Positions 27,662-37,303 of a stretch of 64,000 nt of DNA are shown in pieces. A program made the position numbers and the translations under genes. How positions within the stretch are numbered: position 1 is the stretch's first letter; the number at the start of each line of letters is the position of its first letter. Under the pieces are notes generated by a model. It saw only the letters and a program-made list of their open reading frames with translations. It was not told the origin of the DNA and searched no databases. Source of the stretch: Iningainema tapete BLCC-T55 (lineage in GTDB: Bacteria; Cyanobacteriota; Cyanobacteriia; Cyanobacteriales; Nostocaceae); contig NZ_JACXAE010000061.1 in assembly GCF_014698965.1 (NCBI RefSeq), positions 8,580 to 72,579 on the forward strand, given 5' to 3'.

Positions 27662-28492
27662 ATGACGGATAACCTAGAGCGGCAATCAGACGAAAAAGTC
27701 GAAGCCATCCTAGCAGGTGCGATGCGAGAGTTTTTGACACATGGTTATGCGGCGACAACAATGGATCGAGTGACAGCAGCAGCCGGGGTGTCTAAAGCAA
27801 CGGTATACAGCTACTTTCAAGACAAGGAAGGATTATTTACAGCACTAATTAAGAAGTTAGCAAGAGAAAAGTGCTATGCAGTATTTAAACAGAACCAAGC
27901 ACAAAAAGTGCCAGCGTCTATTGTTTTGCGCCAGTTCGCAGCGAAGATGTTAGACAATATTCTTGAGGATCAACAACTGGTGCTACCGTTCATGCGTTTG
28001 ATTATTGGCGAATCTGGGCGCTTTCCAGAGTTAGCGCGAGCTTTTGTGGAAAACCTGGAAAAATCATCCTTAGAGGATCTCAGTCAATTCCTGGCTTCTT
28101 GCACTGAACTTAATATTAGCGATCCACAAGCTACAGCGCGAATCTTTGTCGGCACGTTAGTACATTTTATCCTCGTCCAAGAAGTACTACATGGTAAAGA
28201 CATTGTACCAATGGAACGCGATCGCCTGATTGACAATTTGATTAATTTGATTGTTGTCAATGATCCAACGCTACAATTAGATCAATTTTCCGGTACAAAG
28301 CAAAAATCGCTCAGGCGTAACCGTGACGATTCAGGTAAATTTGAGCCAGATGATCACTCCTGTCCTAAACGTCTAAGATCGATTAGACTTACAGATACAG
28401 CCTGGGAGAATTTAGCGGCGATCGCTGCTAAACACAAGCTTAGTCGAACAGAGGTGATTGAAATCTTCGCTCGCGATGGTGAACTAAGTTAA
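27662..28492 (+). CDS. TetR/AcrR-family transcriptional regulator with an unusual ~75-aa C-terminal extension ending in an RHH-like segment
   Basis: N-terminal HTH AILAGAMREFLTHGYAATTMDRVTAAAGVSKATVYSYF. The C-terminus KRLRSIRLTDTAWENLAAIAAKHKLSRTEVIEIFAR has a strand-helix-helix pattern. Divergent from the DevBCA-like operon. Confidence 0.75.
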   Translation: MTDNLERQSDEKVEAILAGAMREFLTHGYAATTMDRVTAAAGVSKATVYSYFQDKEGLFTALIKKLAREKCYAVFKQNQAQKVPASIVLRQFAAKMLDNILEDQQLVLPFMRLIIGESGRFPELARAFVENLEKSSLEDLSQFLASCTELNISDPQATARIFVGTLVHFILVQEVLHGKDIVPMERDRLIDNLINLIVVNDPTLQLDQFSGTKQKSLRRNRDDSGKFEPDDHSCPKRLRSIRLTDTAWENLAAIAAKHKLSRTEVIEIFARDGELS

Positions 28493-28580
28493 GTTTTTTG
28501 TATATACATGGTCAGAGCTAGAAAAAGCCGTTTGCTCTCATCTACTCAAAGAACTTTTACTCATTTAGTATATACATGGC

Positions 28581-28886
28581 TTAATTACCAGATTTTTTAT
28601 GTTGACGTAACTGTTCAACTATGTAGTCTTCCAATTCTTGCCTTTCGCGCCGACTGGCATTTTTTTGATAATTTCTACCTGTTTCGAGAATAAACTTACG
28701 TTTTTCACTTTGAGAACCCTTAAGACCTTTTTGTAAGTTCTCCCATGTTTTCTCACCCATAGATTCACCGACTTTGATCAGTGTCTTAGTCAGTAATCTT
28801 TTTGCCTCTTCACGAAAATCCTCTTCTGTGTCAAGGGAGGCTAAATCTACATTCTCAAGGTCGATACTAATTTGAAATTTGCTCAT
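28581..28886 (-). CDS. Hypothetical small charged protein
   Basis: ORF only; no recognisable domain. Confidence 0.3.
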   Translation of the reverse strand: MSKFQISIDLENVDLASLDTEEDFREEAKRLLTKTLIKVGESMGEKTWENLQKGLKGSQSEKRKFILETGRNYQKNASRRERQELEDYIVEQLRQHKKSGN

Positions 28887-29035
28887 TGGATTGTAGTAGT
28901 AACTAATATTGAAGGGCGCATGAACCAGAGGCGAACGCTCGCGTCTGGTACGGTTGCATTCGCCATAATAGCACCCTCTGTGTGAGTAAACTGCCTAACA
29001 ATATCCCCCAATTGGATGAGTAAGTATTGAAAGTC

Positions 29036-29419
29036 TTAACGAGATGGCGGTTGGGGAATCAAAGTTGGGCTGGGGAGCTTAAGTCCTCCATTCACTCCTG
29101 GTTGTAGAAACGTCCCACTAGGACTAACCGTGTTACTTTTAGTGGTGATGCGTGTGCCATCTTGATAGTAATAAGTGGTAACGCCGTTGCCATTATTAAT
29201 GGTATTGGTCGGATAAACATCACCTTGAGGTGTGCTAATTCTGCCATTTTGATAAATACGTGTCCCAGAAGGATAATTAGTAACGCTGCCCACACCTCTG
29301 GGCGAAGAGTTAGTATTATTTTGCGCCCATACTATTTGAGGTGTGAAATAACTGATACCTAATGCAGCCACCCCGGCGATGAGGAAGATGTATCTAGTTG
29401 CACCCTTTTCGACGATCAT
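29036..29419 (-). CDS. Hypothetical secreted or membrane-anchored protein, Asn/Gly/Thr-rich
   Basis: N-terminal hydrophobic segment IFLIAGVAALGISYF followed by a low-complexity region. Start chosen at the second Met. Confidence 0.3.
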   Translation of the reverse strand: MIVEKGATRYIFLIAGVAALGISYFTPQIVWAQNNTNSSPRGVGSVTNYPSGTRIYQNGRISTPQGDVYPTNTINNGNGVTTYYYQDGTRITTKSNTVSPSGTFLQPGVNGGLKLPSPTLIPQPPSR

Positions 29420-29662
29420 AAAAGCTCTCCTGTGTAGAAATAATAGCAAAAGCTAGCTACGATCAATTGTTACATTTCTTTTTATAACTCGGCTTGCAGC
29501 CAAAAGATCAATAATTGTAAGCGATCGCAAGTGATGACAGCAGATGAGATAGAATCTGCGTAGTTCAACTCAAGCCATGGAAATCGCTTAAAGTAAAAAT
29601 GAAGAAGAAAGCTCTCGATGCTTTCCACGGCTTTGTCATAATTACCTATAATTTTATTAAAT

Positions 29663-30370
29663 ATGGATATATCTCTGATGAATCGGCTAATCGAAAGTAT
29701 CCACCAAGAGCTGCTTCCTGGATTACAAATCGAGAGTGTCGATCCCCATAACCCAGTCAAAGTCCACCATGTCCCCCACCCTTGGCGGCTTTTGGGAGCA
29801 GGGAACTACGCAGCAGTAGTTTGTCACCCAGACTTCCCAGAGCAAGTGGTAAAGATTTATGCACCGGGACGTCCAGGCTTTGAGGAAGAAGTGGAAGTAT
29901 ACCGTCGCTTGGGTTCTCACCCTGCTTTCTCTGAGTGTTTTTATGCCAAAGATGGCTTCTTAATCTTGAAGCGGTTGCGGGGAGTGACTCTTTACGACTC
30001 TATGCACAAAGGTTTGCGTATTCCAAAGCAAGTGATTCGAGACATCGACGCTGCTTTAGACTATGCCCGTGCGCGGGATCTCTACCCTCATGATGTCCAC
30101 GGTAAAAATGTTATGATGTTTGAAGGTAGGGGACTAGTCGTAGACATCTCTGACTTCCTTCACCAAGAGAAATGCTCAAAGTGGGATGACTTGAAGAAGG
30201 CATACTACTGGCTGTACCAACCTATTTTATCTCCTTTGCGGTTACGAGTACCCTACTTTCTCTTAGATGTTGTCCGGTGGACTTATCGCTTCTTGAATTC
30301 AATCAAAAACACCTGTCTGCGACTAGTTGGATTTCGCTTCAACAAGTTGTCGCAAAGGAATCATCGGTGA
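29663..30370 (+). CDS. Atypical small protein-kinase-like (ePK/aminoglycoside-phosphotransferase fold) protein
   Basis: Gly-rich loop LLGAGNYAAV, VVKIY lysine, catalytic HDVHGKNVM, and a DFG-like VVDISDF. Confidence 0.55.
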   Translation: MDISLMNRLIESIHQELLPGLQIESVDPHNPVKVHHVPHPWRLLGAGNYAAVVCHPDFPEQVVKIYAPGRPGFEEEVEVYRRLGSHPAFSECFYAKDGFLILKRLRGVTLYDSMHKGLRIPKQVIRDIDAALDYARARDLYPHDVHGKNVMMFEGRGLVVDISDFLHQEKCSKWDDLKKAYYWLYQPILSPLRLRVPYFLLDVVRWTYRFLNSIKNTCLRLVGFRFNKLSQRNHR

Positions 30371-30566
30371 TTTGACTTTTTACGCCTGCAAGTTATGCGA
30401 CAAAACGCGATCGCAGACTTTGTTTCGCTTGCCACTTTTTACGCCTGTGTTATATTTGTAGCGGGATAGTTACAAAGTTACAAAGCTATGGTTCAGGTTC
30501 TGTATGCCTGACTGGTGCGCCAACATCTGGTATGAGCGTATATCGCCGAGTGCTTTGAACTATATC

Positions 30567-30640
30567 GTTTGATTAGCTCAGTCAGGTAGAGCAATCGACT
30601 CTTAATCGATATGTCACAGGTTCAACTCCTGTATCAATCA
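30567..30640 (+). tRNA. tRNA-like gene with anticodon CUU (Lys by anticodon), a T2:T71 mismatch in an AT-rich acceptor stem, and no encoded CCA
   Basis: Manual cloverleaf: acceptor GTTTGAT/ATCAATC, D-stem GCTC/GAGC, anticodon stem ATCGA/TCGAT, loop CTCTTAA, T-stem ACAGG/CCTGT, T-loop TTCAACT. Confidence 0.5.
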
Positions 30641-30643
30641 CCC

Positions 30644-30718
30644 AGAAAGTTAGCTCACTGGTAGAGCAATCGACTCATAATCGATTGGTTGTAGGTTCGA
30701 TTCCTATACTTTCCACCA
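30644..30718 (+). tRNA. tRNA with anticodon CAU (Met or lysidine-Ile2 type) and encoded CCA; body resembles bacterial tRNA-Ile2(CAU); A1:C72 mismatch
   Basis: Manual cloverleaf: AGAAAGT ta GCTC actggta GAGC a ATCGA ctcataa TCGAT tggtt GTAGG ttcgatt CCTAT ACTTTCC a cca. Starts 3 nt after the preceding tRNA. Confidence 0.6.
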
Positions 30719-31122
30719 ACCCTGTCCGGGTTAAAAGACACTACCCTGTCACGGTAGCCAATTGTGGTTCGGGAGAAATCCCATCTTTCAAACTCTGTCA
30801 TGCAGGTGTCATATCACAGTAAAGAAGCTAGCGCAACTGTATCTCTCCCTAACTTGAGTATGTCCTTCGTTTTCCACATCCGGTTTCTCTACGGGGATTC
30901 ACCGATGGGCAAGCCGAACGGCATATTTGAGGGCTGTTTACTTTTTTTGGATTGCTCAAGGGTAATCTATTGAAGAGTGGCAGCACTCTTAATCCAGTTA
31001 AGGAGAAGCTTTTGCCCGCAACTTCCAGGTAAACACTTGCACTGGCAGAATAAAAAAATATGTTGTAGTATATATATTACAGATAATAGGTACTAGGCAC
31101 ACTAGATATCTCCAAAAAACAA

Positions 31123-31152
31123 TGTAGAGACGTTCCATGGAACGTCTCTACA
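31123..31152. repeat. Palindromic SDR copy upstream of the SPFH gene
   Basis: Direct read: tgtagagacgttccatggaacgtctctaca. Confidence 0.85.
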
Positions 31153-31222
31153 AGGATTGCCGACTAGATTTTAGCTACCGAAGTTACAAATATTTTTATC
31201 AAAAATTCTCAGTTGGTTACGC

Positions 31223-32764
31223 TTGCCCAAATTATCTATGTGGAAAACCTTTTATATTAAACCTAACGAAATCGGAATCTTATATCACCGCAGTGACTTT
31301 AAGAAAATTTTGCAGCCCGGTACATATACTTATCTGGGTTGGCATTGGCAAGTAAAAACCTACGATCTCAACCAACCAGAGGCTCAGATTGAAAACCTAG
31401 AACTGTTGTTGCGAAATCACTCGGCAGAATTACAACAATATTTATTGATTGTCAGAACCGCATTCAATCAAGCTGCTTTAGTACGCTGGGGTCAAAATTG
31501 GGTAAGCGTTGCACCAAATCAATTGCGAGCTTTTTGGCGTGGTTTTATTGAGGTGGAATCTTATCTGTTCAACTTGGAAGAAAGCTTGGAATTGCCGACT
31601 GAATTTGTGCAGCAAGTGTACTCAGTTGCATTGCACGGACTGAAAAAGTTCCAAATCTCAGAGTATGAGATTGGAATGCTTTCCGTGCAAAATAATTTTG
31701 TTCGACCTTTAGAACCAGGAGAGTATGCTTTTTGGTCTTTTGATAGGAATGTGACAATACGGACTCTCAGCCGTATTATGCCCAACCCAGACTTTCCTTT
31801 GGAAGATGTACTAATTGAAAAACATCCTGACTTTGTTACTGCCTACTGTGAACAAGTACAATTACTGAGTCCGCAAGTTGCAATTGTGCGGTATCGGGGT
31901 AAAGTGATTTCTATTTTGCCACCTACAAGCCGCAAGCTGTTTTGGCAGGGTGTTGAGGTGGAAGTTATCGACATCAGCACTGATGCCAAGTTACAGCCTC
32001 CTTTAGTAGCTGAATTGGTTTCGGGAGCGCAAGAAGTTGTATTGCTGAGTCGTCACTGTTTGCATATTAGAGAAGTACCCGCACAGCACGTTGGACTACT
32101 GTACGTTAACCAAGAGTTTCAAGCACAACTTGAGCCAGGAGTACATGCTTGGTGGTTATTCGGACGCTCTTTTCAAACCGAAATCATCGATCTCCGACTG
32201 CAAAGTATGGAAGTAACCGGTCAAGACATCCTCTCCAAAGATAAAGTACCTCTACGTTTGAATTTAACGGCTGGGTTCCGCATTCAAGATCCATTGAGGG
32301 CAAAAAACGGGTTGTCAGACATTTCTGGTTTCTTGTACAAAGAGTTACAGTTTGCTTTACGTGGTGCAGTTGGTGAAAAAAGCTTGGATTCGTTATTAGA
32401 GGATAAGGGCGCAATTGATAGAAGTATCTCTGAATACATTCGTCAGAAAACCGTAGATTATGGAATTGAAGTAGATTCTGTAGGGGTTAAAGATATTATT
32501 TTACCTGGCGAGATTAAGACTATCTTGAGTAAGGTAGTTGAGGCAGAAAAAGCCGCTCAAGCAAACGTAGTCAGACGTAGAGAAGAAACCGCCGCTACCC
32601 GCAGTATGTTGAATACTGCGAAAGTGATGGAGGATAATCCTGTCGCTTTACGTTTGAAGGAACTCGAAGTTTTAGAACGAATTGCGGAGAGGATTGACAA
32701 AATTCAGGTGAATGGGAGTTTGGATAGTGTTTTGACAGACTTGATTCGCATGAATCGACAGTAG
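31223..32764 (+). CDS. SPFH/Band-7 (prohibitin-homology) domain protein with a ~300-aa N-terminal extension
   Basis: The C-terminal half (ILPGEIKTILSKVVEAEKAAQANVVRRREETAATRS...NPVALRLKELEVLERIAERI) matches the SPFH domain and coiled-coil tail. The gene is bracketed by two palindromic SDR copies. Confidence 0.6.
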   Translation: MPKLSMWKTFYIKPNEIGILYHRSDFKKILQPGTYTYLGWHWQVKTYDLNQPEAQIENLELLLRNHSAELQQYLLIVRTAFNQAALVRWGQNWVSVAPNQLRAFWRGFIEVESYLFNLEESLELPTEFVQQVYSVALHGLKKFQISEYEIGMLSVQNNFVRPLEPGEYAFWSFDRNVTIRTLSRIMPNPDFPLEDVLIEKHPDFVTAYCEQVQLLSPQVAIVRYRGKVISILPPTSRKLFWQGVEVEVIDISTDAKLQPPLVAELVSGAQEVVLLSRHCLHIREVPAQHVGLLYVNQEFQAQLEPGVHAWWLFGRSFQTEIIDLRLQSMEVTGQDILSKDKVPLRLNLTAGFRIQDPLRAKNGLSDISGFLYKELQFALRGAVGEKSLDSLLEDKGAIDRSISEYIRQKTVDYGIEVDSVGVKDIILPGEIKTILSKVVEAEKAAQANVVRRREETAATRSMLNTAKVMEDNPVALRLKELEVLERIAERIDKIQVNGSLDSVLTDLIRMNRQ

Positions 32765-32790
32765 AGACGTTCCACCGGAACGTCTCTACA
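32761..32790. repeat. Palindromic SDR copy overlapping the SPFH stop codon
   Basis: Direct read: gtagagacgttccaccggaacgtctctaca. Confidence 0.85.
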
Positions 32791-32796
32791 GAATCG

Positions 32797-33753
32797 TTAG
32801 CGAACCGACGCCTCCATCACCAAATCTTGGAACATAGCAGTGCTGAGGTAACGTTCACCAAAAGAAGGCTGAATCATCACGATTAAACGACCTGCATTTT
32901 CTGGGCGTTTGGCAACCTGTATCGCAGCGTACAAAGCTGCACCAGAGGATATACCAGATAACAAACCTTCTTCTCTGGCTAAACGCCGCCCATATGTCAT
33001 CGCCTGTTCATCTTTGACAGTAATGATTTCATCGATTAACTCCGTGCGGAGAATTTCAGGGATAAATCCAGCACCAATACCCTGAATTTTATGTGGTCCT
33101 GGGTTTCCGCCAGAAAGCACCGGACTGTTAATTGGTTCCACAGCGATCGCCTGAAAACTCGGCTTGCGACTCTTAATTACCTCAGCAATTCCGGTAATTG
33201 TACCACCAGTACCTACACCTGCAATAACTATATCTACCGCCCCATCAGTATCTTCCCAAATTTCCTCTGCGGTGGTTTGTCTATGAATTTTGGGGTTAGC
33301 TTGGTTGCGGAACTGTTGTAACATGAAAGCATTATCAGTACTAGCCACAATTTCTTCGGCTTTGCGAATAGCTCCGCGCATTCCCTCAGTACCTGGTGTC
33401 AACTCCAAAGAAGCACCATAAGCTCTGAGCATAGCGCGTCGTTCCATACTCATAGTTTCTGGCATAGTCAAAATTAAACCATAGCCACGCGCCGCCGCCA
33501 CCATTGCCAGTCCAATGCCCGTATTCCCAGAGGTAGGCTCAACTAAAATGCTTTTTCCTGGCTCAATTAGCCCTTGAGCCTCTGCATCCTCTACCATACT
33601 TACAGCGATCCGGTCTTTCACTGAAGCTGCTGGGTTCATTCCTTCAAGTTTCACAACAATTCTGGCCACACAGCCCGACTCTTGGGGAATCTTGTTGAGT
33701 TGAACTAAAGGAGTTCGTCCAATCAATTCTGTTACGTTCCGAGCAATCCGCAT
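32797..33753 (-). CDS. cysK: Cysteine synthase A (O-acetylserine sulfhydrylase)
   Basis: PLP-lysine motif SVKDRIA, Gly-rich loop GTGGTITG, and a length of 318 aa, as expected for CysK. Confidence 0.85.
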   Translation of the reverse strand: MRIARNVTELIGRTPLVQLNKIPQESGCVARIVVKLEGMNPAASVKDRIAVSMVEDAEAQGLIEPGKSILVEPTSGNTGIGLAMVAAARGYGLILTMPETMSMERRAMLRAYGASLELTPGTEGMRGAIRKAEEIVASTDNAFMLQQFRNQANPKIHRQTTAEEIWEDTDGAVDIVIAGVGTGGTITGIAEVIKSRKPSFQAIAVEPINSPVLSGGNPGPHKIQGIGAGFIPEILRTELIDEIITVKDEQAMTYGRRLAREEGLLSGISSGAALYAAIQVAKRPENAGRLIVMIQPSFGERYLSTAMFQDLVMEASVR

Positions 33754-33966
33754 TAATAACTCCTAAAAACCTACTTTGTTACCTAATGTGTGTTTTTATA
33801 TAACAATTTTAAATATTTTCTCTTTATTCATCTTAGCTCTGATTGGTTGATAAATAAACTTCTAAATTTGTAATTAAATTTAATTTTTGGGTAATTTTAG
33901 TTAATTTTAATAGTTTACAAACATCATATGTGCTAGATATTCTGCTAATCCACTTCTTCTGACTCC

Positions 33967-33997
33967 TGTAGAGACGCCCCGCCGGGGCGTCTCTACG
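33967..33997. repeat. Palindromic SDR copy in the AT-rich region upstream of cysK
   Basis: Direct read: tgtagagacgccccgccggggcgtctctacg. Confidence 0.85.
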
Positions 33998-34336
33998 AAT
34001 CCTTTTATTTTTGAGTACACAAATGCTAGAACCCCCAAAGGGTAAATACTAGTACCATGACTCAAAAATACTAACACCCATACCCCAAAAATTTTTTCAA
34101 TCTATATCTGATGCCAATTCTAGCCTTTGAGTACCCGCTTAATTAATTTAATAATCTTGATCCAGTGTGGGTAAAATGCCCTCAACAAAGGTGACTGATA
34201 TAAAAGCTATAGGATTTACGCAGAGATTCCCCTCTACCCCCCTACATTCTCAGGCTTCCACCTAGAGAACGAGGGGGGACTTCTTAAACAGTTACCAGTG
34301 AACAGCAAACAGTGATAACTGATAACTGATAACTGC

Positions 34337-34768
34337 TTGGACAATATGAAGTGTAAACTTATAAAATTCCTCACAGTTTGTTTCGTTACTTTAGTTGTAT
34401 TTTCTCCTGGGATATTAGTCTTTAGTTTTGTCTGGGAGCAACATCAGTCGCTCGTACAAACACAACATGTCGCTTGTGAAGTTAATCATAGTAGTACTGA
34501 TATCACATCAACTTCCCAATCAACAGAACTAGAATTGGAGCCAAGTAAAGCTAGTATCAAAAAAAATAATTTTGATATTGTTAAACTTCTCAGTTGTCTT
34601 CAACAATATCAAATTTTCAAGATAATGCAATGGATTGTCCTGTTGTTCCCGCTAATCTTAGTAATATCAATTATTGTGTACGATAAATATCTTGTTTATC
34701 GCGCTAATATTTTTCAACAACAAGTAGAAATGTTAGAAAAACTATGGCAACACAGTATTGAACAGTAG
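34337..34768 (+). CDS. Hypothetical small membrane protein in AT-rich DNA bracketed by SDR palindromes
   Basis: Two hydrophobic segments, no known domain, and low GC. Confidence 0.3.
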   Translation: MDNMKCKLIKFLTVCFVTLVVFSPGILVFSFVWEQHQSLVQTQHVACEVNHSSTDITSTSQSTELELEPSKASIKKNNFDIVKLLSCLQQYQIFKIMQWIVLLFPLILVISIIVYDKYLVYRANIFQQQVEMLEKLWQHSIEQ

Positions 34769-34794
34769 AGACGCTCCGCCGGAGCGTCTGTACA
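34764..34794. repeat. Palindromic SDR copy overlapping the stop of the 143-aa ORF
   Basis: Direct read: agtagagacgctccgccggagcgtctgtaca. Confidence 0.85.
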
Positions 34795-34842
34795 GGAGAT
34801 AGCCGATTTACTAATAACGCAATATAAACCTAAAAAATAATC

Positions 34843-35094
34843 ATGACAGAGGAACGCCAAACCCAGTATTTCAATTTAATTGATCGCCTACTTTCTTGCC
34901 CTAATGGTAATGAACCGGAAGTTTTACAAGCTCAACCAGAATTACTGGATGCTGGGTTAATACAGACAATGATGCAAGTGGCAACAATGTTTGCTCACGA
35001 AGGTAATGAGGATGGGGCAAAGTTTTTAATTCATGTTTCCCGTGAGTTATCTAAGGAATTGGGATTTTATCCTGAAGTTTCAAATAAGGAGTAA
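34843..35094 (+). CDS. Hypothetical small protein (83 aa), first gene of a 5-gene plus-strand operon
   Basis: ORF with a plausible RBS. The next ORF starts 3 nt after its stop. Confidence 0.35.
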   Translation: MTEERQTQYFNLIDRLLSCPNGNEPEVLQAQPELLDAGLIQTMMQVATMFAHEGNEDGAKFLIHVSRELSKELGFYPEVSNKE

Positions 35095-35096
35095 AA

Positions 35097-35408
35097 ATGC
35101 TTTTGACTTCAACTGACGCTGGACAAATAGCGTTAGAATTTCTCATGGCAGAGTGGAATATTTCTGAAGCTGATAGAGAGTGGTTTGATGTTGTTAACTC
35201 TCGTTTGATTGGACAAAGTTGGTACAACGTAGAACTAGCTGTAGCAGGATTGCCAGATCGATGGTACATTCAAGTCTACGATACCGGAGGATGTGACCCC
35301 AACTATACATTTATCTCTCCTGTTCATGGCACATGCGGATATACTGACTTGAGAGATTTGCCAGATCTTGTCGCTGAGGTGTTAGTATGTGAGCGCAATT
35401 CTCGTTAA
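35097..35408 (+). CDS. Hypothetical small protein (103 aa)
   Basis: Tightly coupled to the upstream ORF. No recognisable domain. Confidence 0.35.
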   Translation: MLLTSTDAGQIALEFLMAEWNISEADREWFDVVNSRLIGQSWYNVELAVAGLPDRWYIQVYDTGGCDPNYTFISPVHGTCGYTDLRDLPDLVAEVLVCERNSR

Positions 35409-35550
35409 CAACATCAGTTTAATTTATAAGATCCTGGACTTCATCAGATTCCCGACTTCGTAAAAGTTGTCGGGAATCTTGTTGTAAAATTATAAAAATA
35501 AAAAGTAATTTGTTAGATTTAGATGACAAAATAATGTTATATTAAATAAG

Positions 35551-35916
35551 GTGACAAACCCTACAAAAACTAGTTTTGTCATGATTAGTGAAGACATCCT
35601 AGCCAAAGAATTCTTGAGGGTCGTCAATCACTACTACCCAAAAGTAGGAAAATTACTAGATGGCTGTTATGTGAAAGTCATCACCTCCTACTGGGGACGA
35701 CCGCGAAAACGCCTGCAATATGTAGGAATCTATTGCTCTAAGGAAATCATGCCCTATGTGCAAGCACAAAAATATGTACTTAGAGAAGTAGCAGAGAACA
35801 TGGGGTTAGTTCAGGTAGTCTTTTTGAATGCTACAAGACTATTACGCGATCCCATGTCAAAGCTCAAAAGTGCAGATCCGCGCATGTGGTTGGATTTACA
35901 TTTGCTGACAACTTAG
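35551..35916 (+). CDS. Hypothetical protein (121 aa)
   Basis: ORF directly upstream of, and overlapping, the start of the luciferase-like monooxygenase gene. Confidence 0.3.
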   Translation: MTNPTKTSFVMISEDILAKEFLRVVNHYYPKVGKLLDGCYVKVITSYWGRPRKRLQYVGIYCSKEIMPYVQAQKYVLREVAENMGLVQVVFLNATRLLRDPMSKLKSADPRMWLDLHLLTT

Positions 35917-35933
35917 AAATAACTGCGATCGCA

Positions 35934-36935
35934 ATGAAAACCGGACTGTTCTGCAATTACGAAAATCATCACTCAATTGCCCAGCAAGCAATTTTCGATC
36001 AAGTCGCGTTGATTCTTCACGCCGAAAGTTTGGGCTTTGAGGAAGCCTGGGTAACAGAACATCATTTCAATGAATCCAACCTCAGCCCCTCAATTCTCTT
36101 GTTGATGGCACACTTAGCAGGGATAACTTCTACTATTCGGTTAGGTACAGGAGCGGTATTGCTACCGTTTTATAACCCGATTCGCGTAGCAGAAGACATT
36201 GCTACACTAGATAACTTGTGTAACGGAAGGCTGATTTTTGGAATAGCTAAAGGTGGTCCTTTTCCCGATCAAAACAGGCACTTCGCTATACCGATGAATG
36301 AATCTCGTGCTAGAACTTTAGAAGCAATGGCGTTGATTCATCAGTTGTTATATGAAAAGGATGTGTCATTTCAGGGGCAATACTATCATTGCGATCGCCT
36401 CACAATTTACCCAAAACCGTTGCAGCATAAAATTCCCGTCTATGTCGCCACTGGGGATGAAGAGGGTATAGCCTTTGCCGCACAACATTCCTTCAGCCTG
36501 ATGGGGGGACCACCATTTGCTCTAGAGCGGTTGAAGAATACTATTGCTAAATATAACACCTTCAATTCCGGTGATGTTAACTTTATGTTGGCGCGATTCT
36601 TTTTCGTTGCTAAAACAAATGAAGAGGCAGTCAGCGAAGCCATGCCTTTCATTCAAAAATTTAGCAAGAAAATGAAAGCCAATTCTGCTCAAGTTATACA
36701 GAATAATCCCAATCAAAACATTTTGCCCTTTGATCGCAACAACATTTGTTTTGACGAGGATTACCTGATTGAGAACTCAATTATTGGAGATGTGGCGACA
36801 TGTCGGGACAAAATCAAAAAATTTCAAGATGAATTAAACTTAAACACCCTAGCGCTGAAACCCTCATCTTTTGATCTACAAAAAAATGTTGAGGCGTTAA
36901 CGCGCTACAACCAAGAGGTACGAAGTTACGTATGA
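35934..36935 (+). CDS. LLM-class (luciferase-like) flavin-dependent oxidoreductase
   Basis: Luciferase-like TIM-barrel motifs (AWVTEHHF, RLGTGAVLLPFYNPIRVAEDIATLD, FGIAKG). Start moved to Met at MKTGLF. Confidence 0.75.
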   Translation: MKTGLFCNYENHHSIAQQAIFDQVALILHAESLGFEEAWVTEHHFNESNLSPSILLLMAHLAGITSTIRLGTGAVLLPFYNPIRVAEDIATLDNLCNGRLIFGIAKGGPFPDQNRHFAIPMNESRARTLEAMALIHQLLYEKDVSFQGQYYHCDRLTIYPKPLQHKIPVYVATGDEEGIAFAAQHSFSLMGGPPFALERLKNTIAKYNTFNSGDVNFMLARFFFVAKTNEEAVSEAMPFIQKFSKKMKANSAQVIQNNPNQNILPFDRNNICFDEDYLIENSIIGDVATCRDKIKKFQDELNLNTLALKPSSFDLQKNVEALTRYNQEVRSYV

Positions 36936-37303
36936 AGAAAGAACCCTTTCTCCCCTCAGATGACTTACCACCAACTGAGACTTCACAAATTGACAAAATA
37001 CTGCGTTTGCAACTGGAGCGCTCCACAGGTAGATGCTTTTTTGAAGCGTGCGATCGCATCACAAGAGCCTTGCTCTCAAGTTGTCAGTGGTATATTACAA
37101 CAGACACTAACGTCTTGATGTTAGTAATCGATACTCCCGACATAGTAACGTACTGGCACATAGTCAGTAATATTCCTCAAATTGGCAATCGATTAGAAAG
37201 GTTTGCCAGTAGCGCCAAAATCCGCGTATATCCTCCTTTTGGCAAAGGATCGCCCTTTGAAATTAGCGTCAATGAAATCTCAGCTTACCGAGATTGGCTT
37301 TAA
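36932..37303 (+). CDS. Hypothetical protein (123 aa) translationally coupled (ATGA overlap) to the LLM oxidoreductase
   Basis: The 4-nt overlap of the start codon with the upstream stop suggests co-translation. No known domain. Confidence 0.35.
   Translation: MKKEPFLPSDDLPPTETSQIDKILRLQLERSTGRCFFEACDRITRALLSSCQWYITTDTNVLMLVIDTPDIVTYWHIVSNIPQIGNRLERFASSAKIRVYPPFGKGSPFEISVNEISAYRDWL

Noticed and set aside
30420-30545. A third tRNA-like stretch upstream of the tRNA pair (ends ...ctgactggtgcgcca)
   Set aside because: No D-arm or anticodon-arm pairing can be drawn. Only the 3' end superficially resembles an acceptor end.
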